Below are positions 25,754 to 37,926 of a stretch of DNA of 64,000 nucleotides, one piece after another. Numbering within the stretch: position 1 is the stretch's first letter; each line of letters begins with the position of its first letter. Source of the DNA: Phoronis australis (taxonomy: Eukaryota > Animalia > Phoronida); contig NMRA01000576.1 of the NCBI GenBank assembly GCA_002633005.1, positions 118,339 to 182,338 of the forward strand, read 5' to 3'. Under the pieces are notes generated by a model that saw nothing but the letters and a program-made list of their open reading frames with translations, had not been told where the DNA came from and made no database searches. A program made the translations under genes and the position numbers.

Positions 25754-26015
25754 CATGCGCACACCCAGCCTTCAAAATCGGGGGCTTGAAATCCTGAAGT
25801 TATGGACCTTTTGCTAACAAAAGAGCGGGCGGGCTAAACAAAAAAACAAAAAAACGAGATCGCCAATGTGAATTGCGCGTTTGCGCTTATTTACTGGACT
25901 TTTGTCCCATTTCCTCGGACATTTTGTCTCTCAGGGGCGGACCTTTTTGCCTACTTCACCAAATGGGGGCTCCCACGAGCCCTCCGAGCCCTCCCCCCGC
26001 GGGGGAGCGCGCATG
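25754..26015. mobile_element. hAT-like MITE, copy 1
   Basis: CATGCGCACACCCAG...GAGCGCGCATG termini; internal homology to 26277-26428. Confidence 0.7.
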
Positions 26016-26276
26016 ACGTGGTGCTTACTCGAATGAGTTTCATTTTAGTGGCTCTTTCCTATTGTGTAGGTGAAGTAAATTAACAAAGTGGATGATTATC
26101 ATCACTGGTATTTCATCATTAGTATTTTGTCGGGTTCTCAAGTTTTCGAGGCTAGGGATTGTCACATCTGTAAGGTAGACGTGTTTCAGTGAACTTCCGT
26201 GTTCATGGCGTTATTTATACCCGACCAAACGCGTTTAAACCAGGAGCTGCATTGGGTGAAATTTGTGTAGACGTGT

Positions 26277-26428
26277 CATGCGCGCACCCAGCCTCTATTA
26301 TGGGGGCTCGAATCTCTGGCAAATTGGACCTTTTGGTAGTAAAAAAGCGTGAGACTGAAAATAAAAACGGGGTACTGTGGTGGACATTCGTATCTTTCTC
26401 TAGGACTTTCCCCCTGGGTGCGCGCATG
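26277..26428. mobile_element. hAT-like MITE, copy 2 (internally deleted)
   Basis: Perfect 15-bp TIR CATGCGCGCACCCAG/CTGGGTGCGCGCATG; no clear TSD. Confidence 0.78.
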
Positions 26429-27824
26429 AGTTTTTCTGCGTTGCTAGTTTTTATAAAGGTGGGCCTGTCTGTAGCCAGCTACGGTAAATTCATGGACGAT
26501 TACGTGCGAGGTTGCGTTAGCAGAACTGATCCAATATTTCAGAAGGACCATTCTTAGTATCCGTTACGCACTGGGTCGTTTTGTTACATTAGGAGTAGGA
26601 TTTTTTTCTCTTATGTAGGGGTGGTGTAGAACTTTACAAAACCGGTTGAGGATTTATGTTTTTGTCACAAATGTTCAATTAAAAGGCGAAAGGTTGGAAA
26701 TGCTTTTGAAATAGTAGGAATTACGGCAGATTTAAAAAAAAAACATTTGTCTGCTTACATAAATGTAACATTGAAGCGTAAAAACAACCTTCATATCCCT
26801 TGATATCCCCGTTCCATATTTGCAAAGAAGTTGAAACTCGGGTTAGTTGTCTGTATTTTCATAGACTGCCACGTATTTGGCTAAGATGGTTCAGGTTTTG
26901 TGCGGCATACAGTCGACATTAATAAATGAATATGTAACCTTCTGTTGATTTGCGAGATAGATTTTGACTTGTCCAGTTTATTTCTGAAGTAATAATGCAA
27001 TTTTTATTGATGTTAAAGGTTTTACTAGCGTTCTATTTATGGTACACGAATGTGAATTTGTTGAAATCGTGATCCAAATCCTGGACAATTGTGTGCATTT
27101 TGTTGAGATCAACCGCCTGATCAGGGCCAGCGAAGAGGAATTTGGTTAATTCTCTCCCTAGACTATGGCTGAAATTCCTCGTAAGGACAAGAGTTCACGA
27201 GTCACTAACTTTGAAAGAAATTTAGCGAGAAGTCAAGAAGTTTACCAGATAGTTTTCATATAAACGGAGAAAAGAAAAAAGGATTTGTGAAGACAGGATT
27301 AAGTAGTAGGCCTACCAGAGCCTCTTAAAAACATTCATCTTCGAAGTGCCTTGGACAAATGTACAATGTTTTATTGGTGAAACAACTGCCATTCACGTTG
27401 ACACAAGAAGTGAGCTTTTGTCCCAAAGCCGGTTATGGGGTCTTCGGATGGCATGGAAGCTAATACTTCTGCCTTTTGCCGAACAACCGGCCACACAGCA
27501 GCCGACCATGATTAGGAGACGACGTTTTTGCCGGAAATTGCACCAGAAAATTTAGTCAGGTGTGGCCAGTGAAGAATGACGTAACGGCTTATGCGTAAAA
27601 TCACATATTTCGTCCATTGGAAGTATACGGAGCTGGCGGTCCTTGTACTATAGTCTATGATTTCACTAATATTGAACTACAAACAAAACATCCCAAATCA
27701 GAGAGAGTTCTGCTAGAACGCGTCATCATGAACGTGATGCTAAATATCGCGTATGTGACACTAACACTTGAACATTTGAGATAAGCCTTTTTCAATACCA
27801 GCTTCCTTGAATTCCATGAGTTAT

Positions 27825-28147
27825 CTACAGTGCAGGAGGAGGAATTATGTACATGTGATCTTCAGCCCCACAAAGCTGTGTAACATTTCCTGTGCATGGT
27901 GTGCTACAATGTTCGTCGTCTCTGAGATATACCCCGTGCATTTTGAACATGTCACCGCACCAACATTCAAAACCACTCTTGACGCCTGCTATTTTGTAAC
28001 CTCTACTCGTGCATCCTTGTTGACAAACACCGTGGCTCATATGGGCGGCAGTTCCAAAACTCACTTTTCGATGGGTTTTAGACAGCAATGGAAATGTGCG
28101 TTTAATTTTATAACAGCCAGCTGCAATTTGTAAACCCTGGTCAAGAT
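27825..28147 (-). CDS. Terminal exon encoding an intact WSC domain
   Basis: Acceptor tatttcag, phase 1; AAGCY...VCQQGCTSRGYKIAGVKSGFECWCGD...HCSTPCTGNVTQLCGAEDHMYII, all 8 WSC cysteines, TAG stop. Confidence 0.85.
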
Positions 28148-31100
28148 CTGAAATATAAACGAGATGGTTCAGATTTTTACGACCACCCGTTTTTCTTGTT
28201 CACATTTACCTGTAATTGTCTCGTCTTACCTGGCAATATCAACTATTCGAAAATTGTCCTGAAAGTTTGACCCACAACTTTCATTATGTCGCAAACGTCT
28301 AAGCACAAACAATTTTGGTCTATGTGAAGATATTGTTTGAATAGTGAGCTGACCTGCATATTCAAGTGTTTAACAAACATGTAAAGCTTTGTGGCTATAC
28401 TGGGACTTTCGTTTTTTGACCCTCCTCAGGCATCTTACTTTACCCTTGACTGTTTGCAAAAACATGCACCTGACTTTTATCATTGAAATCAGGTCCTTAA
28501 GTTAAATGTCAGTTACTATCGTGATAACTAGGACCCGGGTATTAACGGTTTAGGATGCTGCCACGTGTCCCATGTCTAGAAAGTTTTTTTTATTAAACAT
28601 GGTCAAATTTGTCACGATGGTACATTTTAAGGGTATATCCGGGCGTTCACTAGAGGCAGTTTTAGTAATTTGAGTATTTTGCTGGTTTTCCAATTCTCCT
28701 GTCAAAAAAATATGAACCAAATCGGTGCTTCCAGGATTGATATCCTGGTCGACTACTGGTACTATATCCCAACACATGAGAAAGCTGTGTACCGTTCTCT
28801 TCCATTAATGAAACGCTTTTGACAAAAGCTGTGCCACCTAATAGCCAATAAAGATCCGTATAATTTTAAGTACGTCGTTTGCGGTGATGTCGCGTCTTCC
28901 TTTCAAGGTGTCGTGTGGTTCCTTTAACGTTTACTAGTCACGCTGCTACATTGTACGCCTTTGCGTAACAGTACACAATAGGACTTCAATTCACGAAGTG
29001 TGTCAAAGGATACCGATCTGTACAATTCATGACATTTGGAAAATGATTATGCATATAAATCACTGCAAAATTCTTTAAAATGATGAACGAACACAGATGG
29101 CCAACTTTATCAATATACGATCGCAAAAAGTAGCCATCTCTCAGTCTCACTTAACGTTGCACAAAAATTGGTGAATATTATGATTCATCCAGGAACACGC
29201 ATTTGACGATATATGAATATTCCAACAGGATTTACCTAGTTAACGTTTAAGTTGCAGAATTACAACTTTCCCCTTCTACGAAAGATGATTTATTGTTGGC
29301 ATGAGATGTAACTGCCTTTCCTGTAAAGGTCTTCTGGAAAGAACCATCTTGGTTAATGTCAGAGTGGAGTGTACTTCGCCAGTATTTAGGTGGGTTGAGT
29401 TAGGATTGTTCTATAGCCCCTAGACCCCCACACCCTCGGACACCCTTGACCTACGACCCCCTGCACCCACAATCCACTCGACCCACGACCTGCGCCCATA
29501 GATGTACAGTAGTTTTGTGATTTTTACAGTTTTATTATTTCATTACGTCGCTGAGTGACTTTTCCGTAAGACTTCACGGCACTAATCTGCAATGGCTGAT
29601 GTGGTCAAAACAGGAACTTGCGTAAAACATGACCAAAAAGGGCAGATTGTGAATAACACTCTTTCACAGTTCTACGAAATGTAATACTGTAAAATAATGT
29701 TTTACGTGGTTTCTCATTGGTTAAAAAGAGAATGACGCCCATTTTTTCGTTTTTTACCGTCGTAATTGGTCTATATTCACATCACATCGCATACGATCGA
29801 TCTTGCCTCGCCGAGAGGTGTGGCGTAAACCTGTGAGGAAGGTGAGTACACAACGTATGTATGTCAGCGGTTCTTTAGTTGAGTAGGTGCCGCGACGGTG
29901 TAGAGTAATGTTCCCGCTTGTACGAAACATGAAGCTGAGGGGAACGCAGGTTTGTCGCTTTTATTGCTGATCCCGATAAACCTGATGCTTCCAAAATGAT
30001 TCGCAGCAGCACAGAATGAAATGCACGCCGTTAATACCAAGTACGAGGCCGTGATATAACTATGTGTCTGTTTTAAAATGAGTTATGATCACTTTAACAA
30101 ATGTTAGATAAAACGGAAACAAAGTGCCTGGAAAGACTGTCTCAGTAGATACAACTTGTAATGAATATTTTGTGAGAGCTGATTATTTGAGAAACCAACA
30201 ATGAAAAAATCATTCTGCCCTACCGGCAGGTGTGGCCTTGTGATCACATGCTATTTCGGTGTTTGCGTGTAGAAAGCTGATTGTGAAACCATAACTCGAT
30301 TTATATGCTGTAGTCAGACGTTATTGGCATCTAGTCTTAGATATGTATACATGTACATTAATCGAATCATTGCCATTGCTTACGTTTTACCCGTAAAGTT
30401 CTGTTGAATGAGTAGCTGGCTTTGCGGCCCCAGCGGGTAAGTAGATTGGCATTTTTTCTGCGTTTTAATAAAATGTTCACGCCCTTGTGAATTCTTTGGG
30501 TCACTAGTCAGGTCTTCTCGTGACTGGGAGGTTAATTTTGAATTTTGGAAGCCGAATGACTTGGGTTGGTTTATGTTCGTGATTTCTTCAGTCCGGCCAA
30601 CGCCTGCGTGGCGAATCGGGCTCCGAGTCACTCTGTGTTTAGAACTGAAAAAAATCGTAAGGGTAACATTGAAATAGACGCCTATGCTCTCCTGTGGGTA
30701 TTTCACACAGATCGAAACTTCCCGCACTTGACTTCGATAAGTTGGCCTACCGAACATTGTTGGCTACAGCACTTTAAAATTTTCTATAAATCCGCAATAG
30801 CGAAATAAGGAAAATCGTTTGTTTGAAAACTCCATACAATCTTACATGTAAAAGAGGGTTTTGCATCGAAGTTTGATGATTTATCTGCGTAAAGCAATGA
30901 AGCCAAGTGATAAGCCGACACCACTAAGCGTGTTGTGTAAGACTGTGTTTGACGTAATGACGCCAGTGTTTGATTCCAGCACCTCCGTCTTGTGTCAAGT
31001 GAAAGAACTGAACTGTTATCGAGCAGAAATACTCTGACTAAATTCATAAAAATACATTGTTTTTGGGGCATTATCCTATAATAATTGAATCCAACATCCT

Positions 31101-32212
31101 AACCTTCAGTCATTCTCATTGTTTGAATTCTGGGAAGCCCTTTCAATTTACTGTTTGCATGTTGAGCAACCGCCTTTGGCTGTAGAAGTTGCAATTTATT
31201 AAAATGGGCATTGATTGAAGTATACAAAATCAGATGAACTCCCGTCCAATGGCTTAGGATCAAATGCATGTAGGTAAAGCGCAATAAGGAGTGTAAAGGT
31301 GGTGGCGAAGTGATCGGTCTAATTTCACCAAAGGCATATGAATTTCACTAGTCAACATTGGTGGTTGTGACAGAGCGTAATTGTGAATGTTTTAGCGTTG
31401 TCACAGAAATGGTCCACGAGCGCCTATGGATGACCCTGTTCTACTAAATTTACATGTGGTCAGATGTTACGTTAACGTGTACTGCATACATAAAATTTTA
31501 CATTTTTATTTTTTGGATTCTGTCGTATACTTGTTCACAATATAACGCATGTAACTTCGAGATACTTAATTGTTTGTCTTTAAACTGCATTTACAGAAGA
31601 AATTATGCATTCGTAGGTTCCTCGAACTTTTCCACATTTACCTTCTATCTGTCATTTACTGAAAAACAGACTAGACGTTTACACCCTGCAGGTAACGACA
31701 CTTGCAACGTTAGTAGACCTTTCTTGCTTGGTTGTTTTTCCTGATTTTGGGTTACAAACGTGCCGCATCGACCCTTGTATTGCAAAAATTACGCACGGTT
31801 TTCTTAATAGCAGCCTGGCCCAGCGAAACAGAATGTGAGTCGATATCCTGACTGAGCCAAATCCGACTTAAGGTATCGTACTTACAATACGTGGAGTTGT
31901 CGTTGGTTGAGGAGGATCGAAAGACTCTTGCGTTGAAGGGGTCTAGGGGTGACAAGGTGGATGGGTTTTAGAACGATCCGTTGAATCGTGCTTAACCATG
32001 TTGATTAAAGGAGGTATTTTAGCCGAGATCCAAAAAGCATATTTTACACAACGTTCAAGCGAGTTGTTATTTCCGTCGGCGAATATAACATTTTCAGTAT
32101 AAGATTTGGTGCCCAACGTAGATTCACCGAAAATACGGGAAGACCTTTCAGCGCCAATGGACCACCTTCTGTTGAAGGGGGCAGTTGTCATCCCCGGAAC
32201 GCTACTTTGCAA

Positions 32213-32223
32213 CTAAGCACGTC
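32213..32223 (-). CDS. Putative last coding exon (GRA-stop) of secreted WSC gene
   Basis: Acceptor tttcaacag; phase 1 matches upstream WSC exon; in-frame TAG after 3 codons. Confidence 0.45.
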
Positions 32224-32368
32224 CTGTTGAAATATTCATAATTTGTCTCATGGCTTTGAAGGGAAATGATAGAATGTGTTTTTTTTTTGCACAAATTAAC
32301 ACAACCGGTCAAGAAACCAAAATGAGTGAGACATCAATTTTCATTGTAATAAAATTACCAGTACCAAC

Positions 32369-32653
32369 CTGTTCTTTCGGAATGCATGACGAACATGCTC
32401 ATGCGCCCGCCGCACTTTTCATATGAGCTGCCGGAACACAAAAGTGTGCATGTGTCCGCTGGAGTCATCCCAACCCTGAAAAATTCGCCGCACCAGCACT
32501 CATTCCCATTCTGGATAGCAGCAAACCTTTTACGAAAAGCTCCGCACAAAGCTCGGCAATACACCGGGGTTAATTTATGACCTTTGTAAACCAGTGTACT
32601 TATTTCAGGATAGTGATTTGCTGTCCAGCACTGATTCACCTGTTTTGAATGAC
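32369..32653 (-). CDS. WSC-domain exon (intact, phase 1-1, 285 nt)
   Basis: ttttccag acceptor, GTTGGT donor at the position homologous to the 23375 donor; QCW...YCRALCGAFRKRFAAIQNGNECWCGE...TCTLLCSGSSYEKCGGRMSMFV. Confidence 0.9.
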
Positions 32654-32823
32654 CTGGAAAAAGGCATTGTCAAAAGGTATTACTACAGCATGTGAATTTG
32701 AATCAATCTTCTTATCACCTTTCGTTGGAGAAAGCCATTCCTGGCAATGGCGTTCTACTGCGAGGCTAAAGAATCCACGGCGGTTGGTTTTGTACCACAC
32801 GTATTAAATATATACTTATTCAC

Positions 32824-32848
32824 GTGANATCAAATCGGTGGCATTCTC
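32824..32848 (-). CDS. Putative 25-nt micro-exon (ENATDLxS) linking signal peptide to WSC exon
   Basis: attaaag acceptor, GTGAAT donor; converts phase 0 to phase 1 exactly as required. Confidence 0.5.
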
Positions 32849-32862
32849 CTTTAATATAATGT

Positions 32863-32889
32863 ACACACACACACACACACACACACACA
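32863..32889. repeat. (AC)13 microsatellite
   Basis: Direct reading. Confidence 0.97.
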
Positions 32890-33327
32890 GACGCACGCAC
32901 ATACACAACACCTTGTGCAGAAAAACAATCTGACACGATCCGCACGATAATGACAGGGGTTTTTCAGAAACTTTTCTAAAACGAAAGCGCGGTGTCTGCA
33001 TATGGAATTAATATTGAAAACTATGATGACGTGATGGGGATTACCACTAACCGACAACTAGAAAAAAGTAGGCAATTCAATGTATTTCCGTAGATCTTTA
33101 TGATTTTATGTCATTGTTAAACAAAATCAGCGTTGTTCATAGGACTCATCACAGTTAAGCTGCGGACCATTTAGATTTCGTTAATACAATAAAACATAAA
33201 CCGATGAGTAAGAACAAAAAAAGGATATATCGAAAACCAACGAAAGTATATGTGAATTAAAAGAAAAACGTATTATGAGATACAAGCAAAAACCTCAACA
33301 TAATTTAGAATTAAATCAATTGCTCAC

Positions 33328-33393
33328 CAATGAAAGTAGAATTACAAGGATGTTGAAAGAACAAACAATACAAATAAAATTTGCCTGAGCCAT
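33328..33393 (-). CDS. Putative first coding exon, signal peptide MAQANFICIVCSFNILVILLSL
   Basis: ATG, hydrophobic 22-mer, donor GTGAGC, 0.7 kb upstream of the WSC exon. Confidence 0.6.
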
Positions 33394-35288
33394 AGATTAC
33401 CAATTCAATTCACCATTTTAAGGCACTGAGTACTAATTGATCGTTCAGTTTAAAAAAATAGCATTTTAAATTTGCACCTAAGTAGAGTTTAGCTCATTTA
33501 AGGAAGAACATTCAGGTTGAGAAAATGGTCTATATTTTTGAATGACATAGACGCTACACTTTTACAGCCCACTGAACATATTTAACAAACTTCAATGTCT
33601 TACCAGATAAACGGTAATTTTAAATACACAGAACTTTACCAAAGTGTAAGGCTGTGTTTTGGCAATAAAACATCTGTCATTGTCTAGCTTTGCTTAAAGA
33701 ACAATTATGAATAAAGCTTGATATTGGTGGTTGTTTTACTGCCGAAATATATCGCTGCATTTCAGAAAACTTGTAAACGGTTGTCTTCTTTCAAACATAA
33801 GTTGTTTTCGTCAGTGCAAGATCTTTCGAGACAAATGCAAATCACAAAGTCAGTGGGGAGAACGACACTGAAAATACCAATAGTAAATGAAATATACCAG
33901 GAACGTGGCCAGCGACTGGCGTTGGAATTTCTTCGTTCCATCTAAGTCCATGGAAAGTGTCTCTAAACTGACTTTGATATACATGTATGAGTCTTAAAGA
34001 CAATCATGTCCGTGGAAACTTTAGCGTGTGCAGAAAATTATTATTGTTGCATCTTATTGTGACGAATTCTTTGATCTCAAGCCTTTTCTAACAATGATGA
34101 CACTTTGTCTCTGCATTGAATCCATAAGTCTATCAAAATAGCTGCCATCGGTAACCGACCACGGTAGATTCAACACCTCCCCGTTACATACACTGTTTTA
34201 ATATGGATATCGTGAAGAAACCAGTACTCAGTACAACGAGTGATAATAAGGACTGCCGTGTGATACGCAGACGCGGTGGAGGAATAGTTGCTTCCAGATG
34301 AGGCTAAGGTGACACTGTGCTGCCAAAAATTAAATTTGGTGATAAGATGTATATGGGTAAGCGCTGCAAGTAGGCTCATTGCATTTGATTTACAGTATTC
34401 ATAATATGAAGGGAATGAGAAAACCACTTGCTCGGCTTCTTCAAAAAGGCGCACCCTGCGTTTGCGTTTGTGCATTGCTAAGTAGCGCCTGCGAAACCGG
34501 AAGGTACTTCAGGTAGCCCTCAGAATTATGAAAAAAATAGTTTGTTGACACCACTTTTTGAAACCCATTTCAAACTTGCTTTCTGAATATAATACTGGCT
34601 TATGTCACGCATTGGCATGCAAAGAGTGGTTGGTTTCGGTTTAAAAATTGCAATTTTGTATTTTTGTCCCGTTTTATTATGTAGCCTAATTCGCTTTTCA
34701 TTAGTCGAAGTATAATACAAAATAAAGTTTCAGTGTTAACGTCTAAGCTATCGATATGAATTAACTCTACCACGTACATTCTTTGCATAAGCTTTTCAAC
34801 AGAGCGAAGTAAAGGGGTCAGGTTCATTGACGTGTCTTCAGCTATGCGAAATCCAGAGAAAACTATTCGGTGCCCTCAGCTGAACCTTCATTCAGGGGCT
34901 ATCGAATCAGATCTTGGGAAATGAAATAGGACGTTCAACTAATTTTCGTATCCCAGTTAAACTGATCTGTTTGCTGGTTACCGGTGTACATGTAGTTATT
35001 ACAGTAAGAGCCTTAAATTGAACAAAATCTCATGTTTGTTAATTACATATACGGGTATTGCCTAGATAACAATTCGAGTCATTTTCTCTCTATTCCCAAA
35101 TACTTGCAGATCATGTCTAAGCCAAGAGTTTCTCTTGCCACGTACACTTACCAAGGGTCGAACTAGTGCTGGAGTTCATTTGACTCGGATCATTACGTGT
35201 AAAGCTCAACAAATTCGTTTTAACCGAAAGCAAAAAAGAGCCTGCTTCCCCCTGTAGATTATAATTTCAAACTCAATCTGGATGTTAC

Positions 35289-35618
35289 CTGCTTTGTAAT
35301 TGGTTTCCAGCACAAGGTTGCGCAGATATCCACCACACATCTGCGACTTGTCTCCAGAGCATGCATTCTCTGAGCATTCCTGTCGTGAGGCTTCCCCGTA
35401 TTTACCAAAACTTTGACCGCACCAACATTTACTTCCATTTTGTACAGCTGCAAATTTAAACCACCTATCCTTGCACAGTGATACGCATGATTCTTGAGTA
35501 CTTATCCCACTCTTCTTTGCCATGTACATCAAATCTGGTGTATTTAAGTCATCAATGAAGCAACCTATTACTCCAATTGTTTCCGAAGAACTGTGATACC
35601 TTGAGCCAGGTCTAAAAC
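35289..35618 (-). CDS. WSC-domain exon (intact, phase 1-1, 330 nt)
   Basis: ttttag acceptor, GTAACA donor; VIGCFIDD...SCVSLCKDRWFKFAAVQNGSKCWCGQSFGKYG...ECSENACSGDKSQMCGG, canonical WSC. Confidence 0.92.
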
Positions 35619-37926
35619 CTAAAATTAAATAAATGTAGCATTTCAGAAAATTATCCCACTCTTCTAGAGGTCTAAACATGTTAACTACTCAAGACTGGGA
35701 TTTGTCTACACATAACATATAAAGCAGCGCCTACAGTTTGTAAGCACATGTTTACCAGATAATCAAGTGAACGTCCTCTCACCCGATAATAGGTTGACCT
35801 ATTACAACTAAAAAAATAAACATATCCCTACCTATAGAGTACGTTTTTTGAAGAATATGTATAACGGATATTTTTCGGGAGAAAGCAGGCATAAAATAAT
35901 GAAACACGAGCTGGAATGTCGCTTGATAACAGAGATAAAATCGGAACCTACAGTAGCTTTAAAACATTAAGGTACAATGTAATTCGAGACCTAACACAGC
36001 TGTCGACAATGGAGCTGTTGCTTAGTACAAAGTAACTAGAGCAGGACCAGGCAGAGAAAAAGGCAAGACAAAAAATATATTTCAGCTATGTATTTAGAAA
36101 AGGAAGATTTTAATTTTTGCAACCTACATTTAATGGGACGTCCAAGAAAGGAACAGAACAAAAGATGCTGGTTGCAATAAGTTGATAGGCTTAGCTTTGG
36201 AAGCTTTCAGATGTGGAAAATTCCAGAAAAGATCACCAAGACCTCTAGCAACTTAATCGTGTCTTGTGAACCAAAGACAGAAAATACAATAAAGGTATTT
36301 TATTGGAAGCTCCATTACGACAGCATCATGGTGTCGTCATCATCTGTGGCATGACTTAATGACAGTAACGCATCAGTTCTCCGCCAGTTTCGGATACACC
36401 GCATCGGGATTTTTGCACTGGCTTCTAGGAACGACGACCGTTGTGAGACCAATATTTACAGCACACATCACGAATTTTTGGCCGACCGGTCGGAAATTGG
36501 TCGACGACCGGCCGTCGACAGGTCGTCTAGCCGACCACCAGCCGACCAACAACGGTCGGCTGGGAGCCGTCTGCTTAGTCGCCTCTGTGGTCGGCACTCG
36601 GGTCGGCTAATTGGTCGCCTAGCGTAGACGACCAATTCGGATTAAGCGTGTCCTTGGTCGGCAATTAGCATTTTATGACTTAGCGGGTGAACTTTGGACA
36701 AACAAACATTTAACTGTTCGCTGCTTGTTTAGCAGTGGCAACTCCGGTCTTGACATCGGTTTATCAAATTTTGTTCAACTATTAAATGGAGGTAAAATCG
36801 AATCAACCTACAAATACGAAGTGCGTGGCATTACACAAGCCGAATACCTTATGTTGAATTAATGACGGCGTGGTAAAATCAAACGTTAAGTGATATAGCG
36901 GAAAAATAATTTCTAACTTTAGGTATCAGATTTTTTATGCAGAGCATTATGCATAAAAACAAGCACGAAATTTGAAATTTACAGCAAAATTGCATAAAAA
37001 TCAGAATACAACACTGGATATTTTACGACCTCAAATGTTTTCATGCCGCGGATTGCTCAACAAGCAGCACGCATTTGCGCTCATCCGTTATTGCTCTTGA
37101 TCATCACTTCGTCACACTGTATATTGCGCTTTACCACAGATAATTATTGTTTATTTCTGTATAATTTCTTAATATGTTGGTACAGCAATAGAACCCAAGT
37201 TTATTTTAGGAACAATATAAACAATGGTTTGAACATAGCGCCGATATTAAATCATGGGCGCATGAAAACGGAAGACTGTGATCGGTTTATAGTGTAATCC
37301 ATCATCCATCATCATTCTGAAATTGTTGTCACTTTCGCAGTAAAAAATTTTTCGAAGCTAGAGCCTTCCTATCTAGCCAGCTAGCTGTGAAGACTATTTT
37401 CAAAATACAGCAAGGTGCCACTGCGTATTGAGCTCAAACAGACCTCGAAATTTCACACAGCCCGGATAGTTACTTGTACGCTTGTCACCTCGTCGAAAAG
37501 CTTGTATCAACATGAGCTCAAGACCGGCGAGTTTGCATGCAAACTCTGGAAGCCAATTGGCATTCAAGTTGCCCGTTACGGCCGTTTAAACGAAAAACAT
37601 CCGACGTCATCTTCTTGCGTAATTCTCTGCCTTTTGTAACGAAAAAACGTATGTCGTCGTTTTGAAAAGAGTTCATTCGTGACACGCGCCACTTTCAAAA
37701 TGTTTTCGACATCTCCCATTATATGGTGACAACATCTCAGCAAAATTTGGTTCACTGATATCAAAATTCCAAAAACATATAATGAAGTGAAACCAATTCT
37801 GATCATTTGTCTTGACGTTTACGCAACCTCGAGGGAGAACGTTTGATTGAAGAATCTGGGAAAAAGAAACTGACTAATAGGTGACGCAATATTTCATTGC
37901 GTCGAAAGCCGACGCAAAAGGTTATA

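Noticed and set aside
35840-36300. LINE 3' fragments
   Set aside because: Only faint WN...IK...SFK resemblance; too degenerate to support
37576-37806. Signal peptide plus WSC-like start (DDVGCF)
   Set aside because: Inside TIR element E1; stops follow immediately and no further WSC cysteines are present
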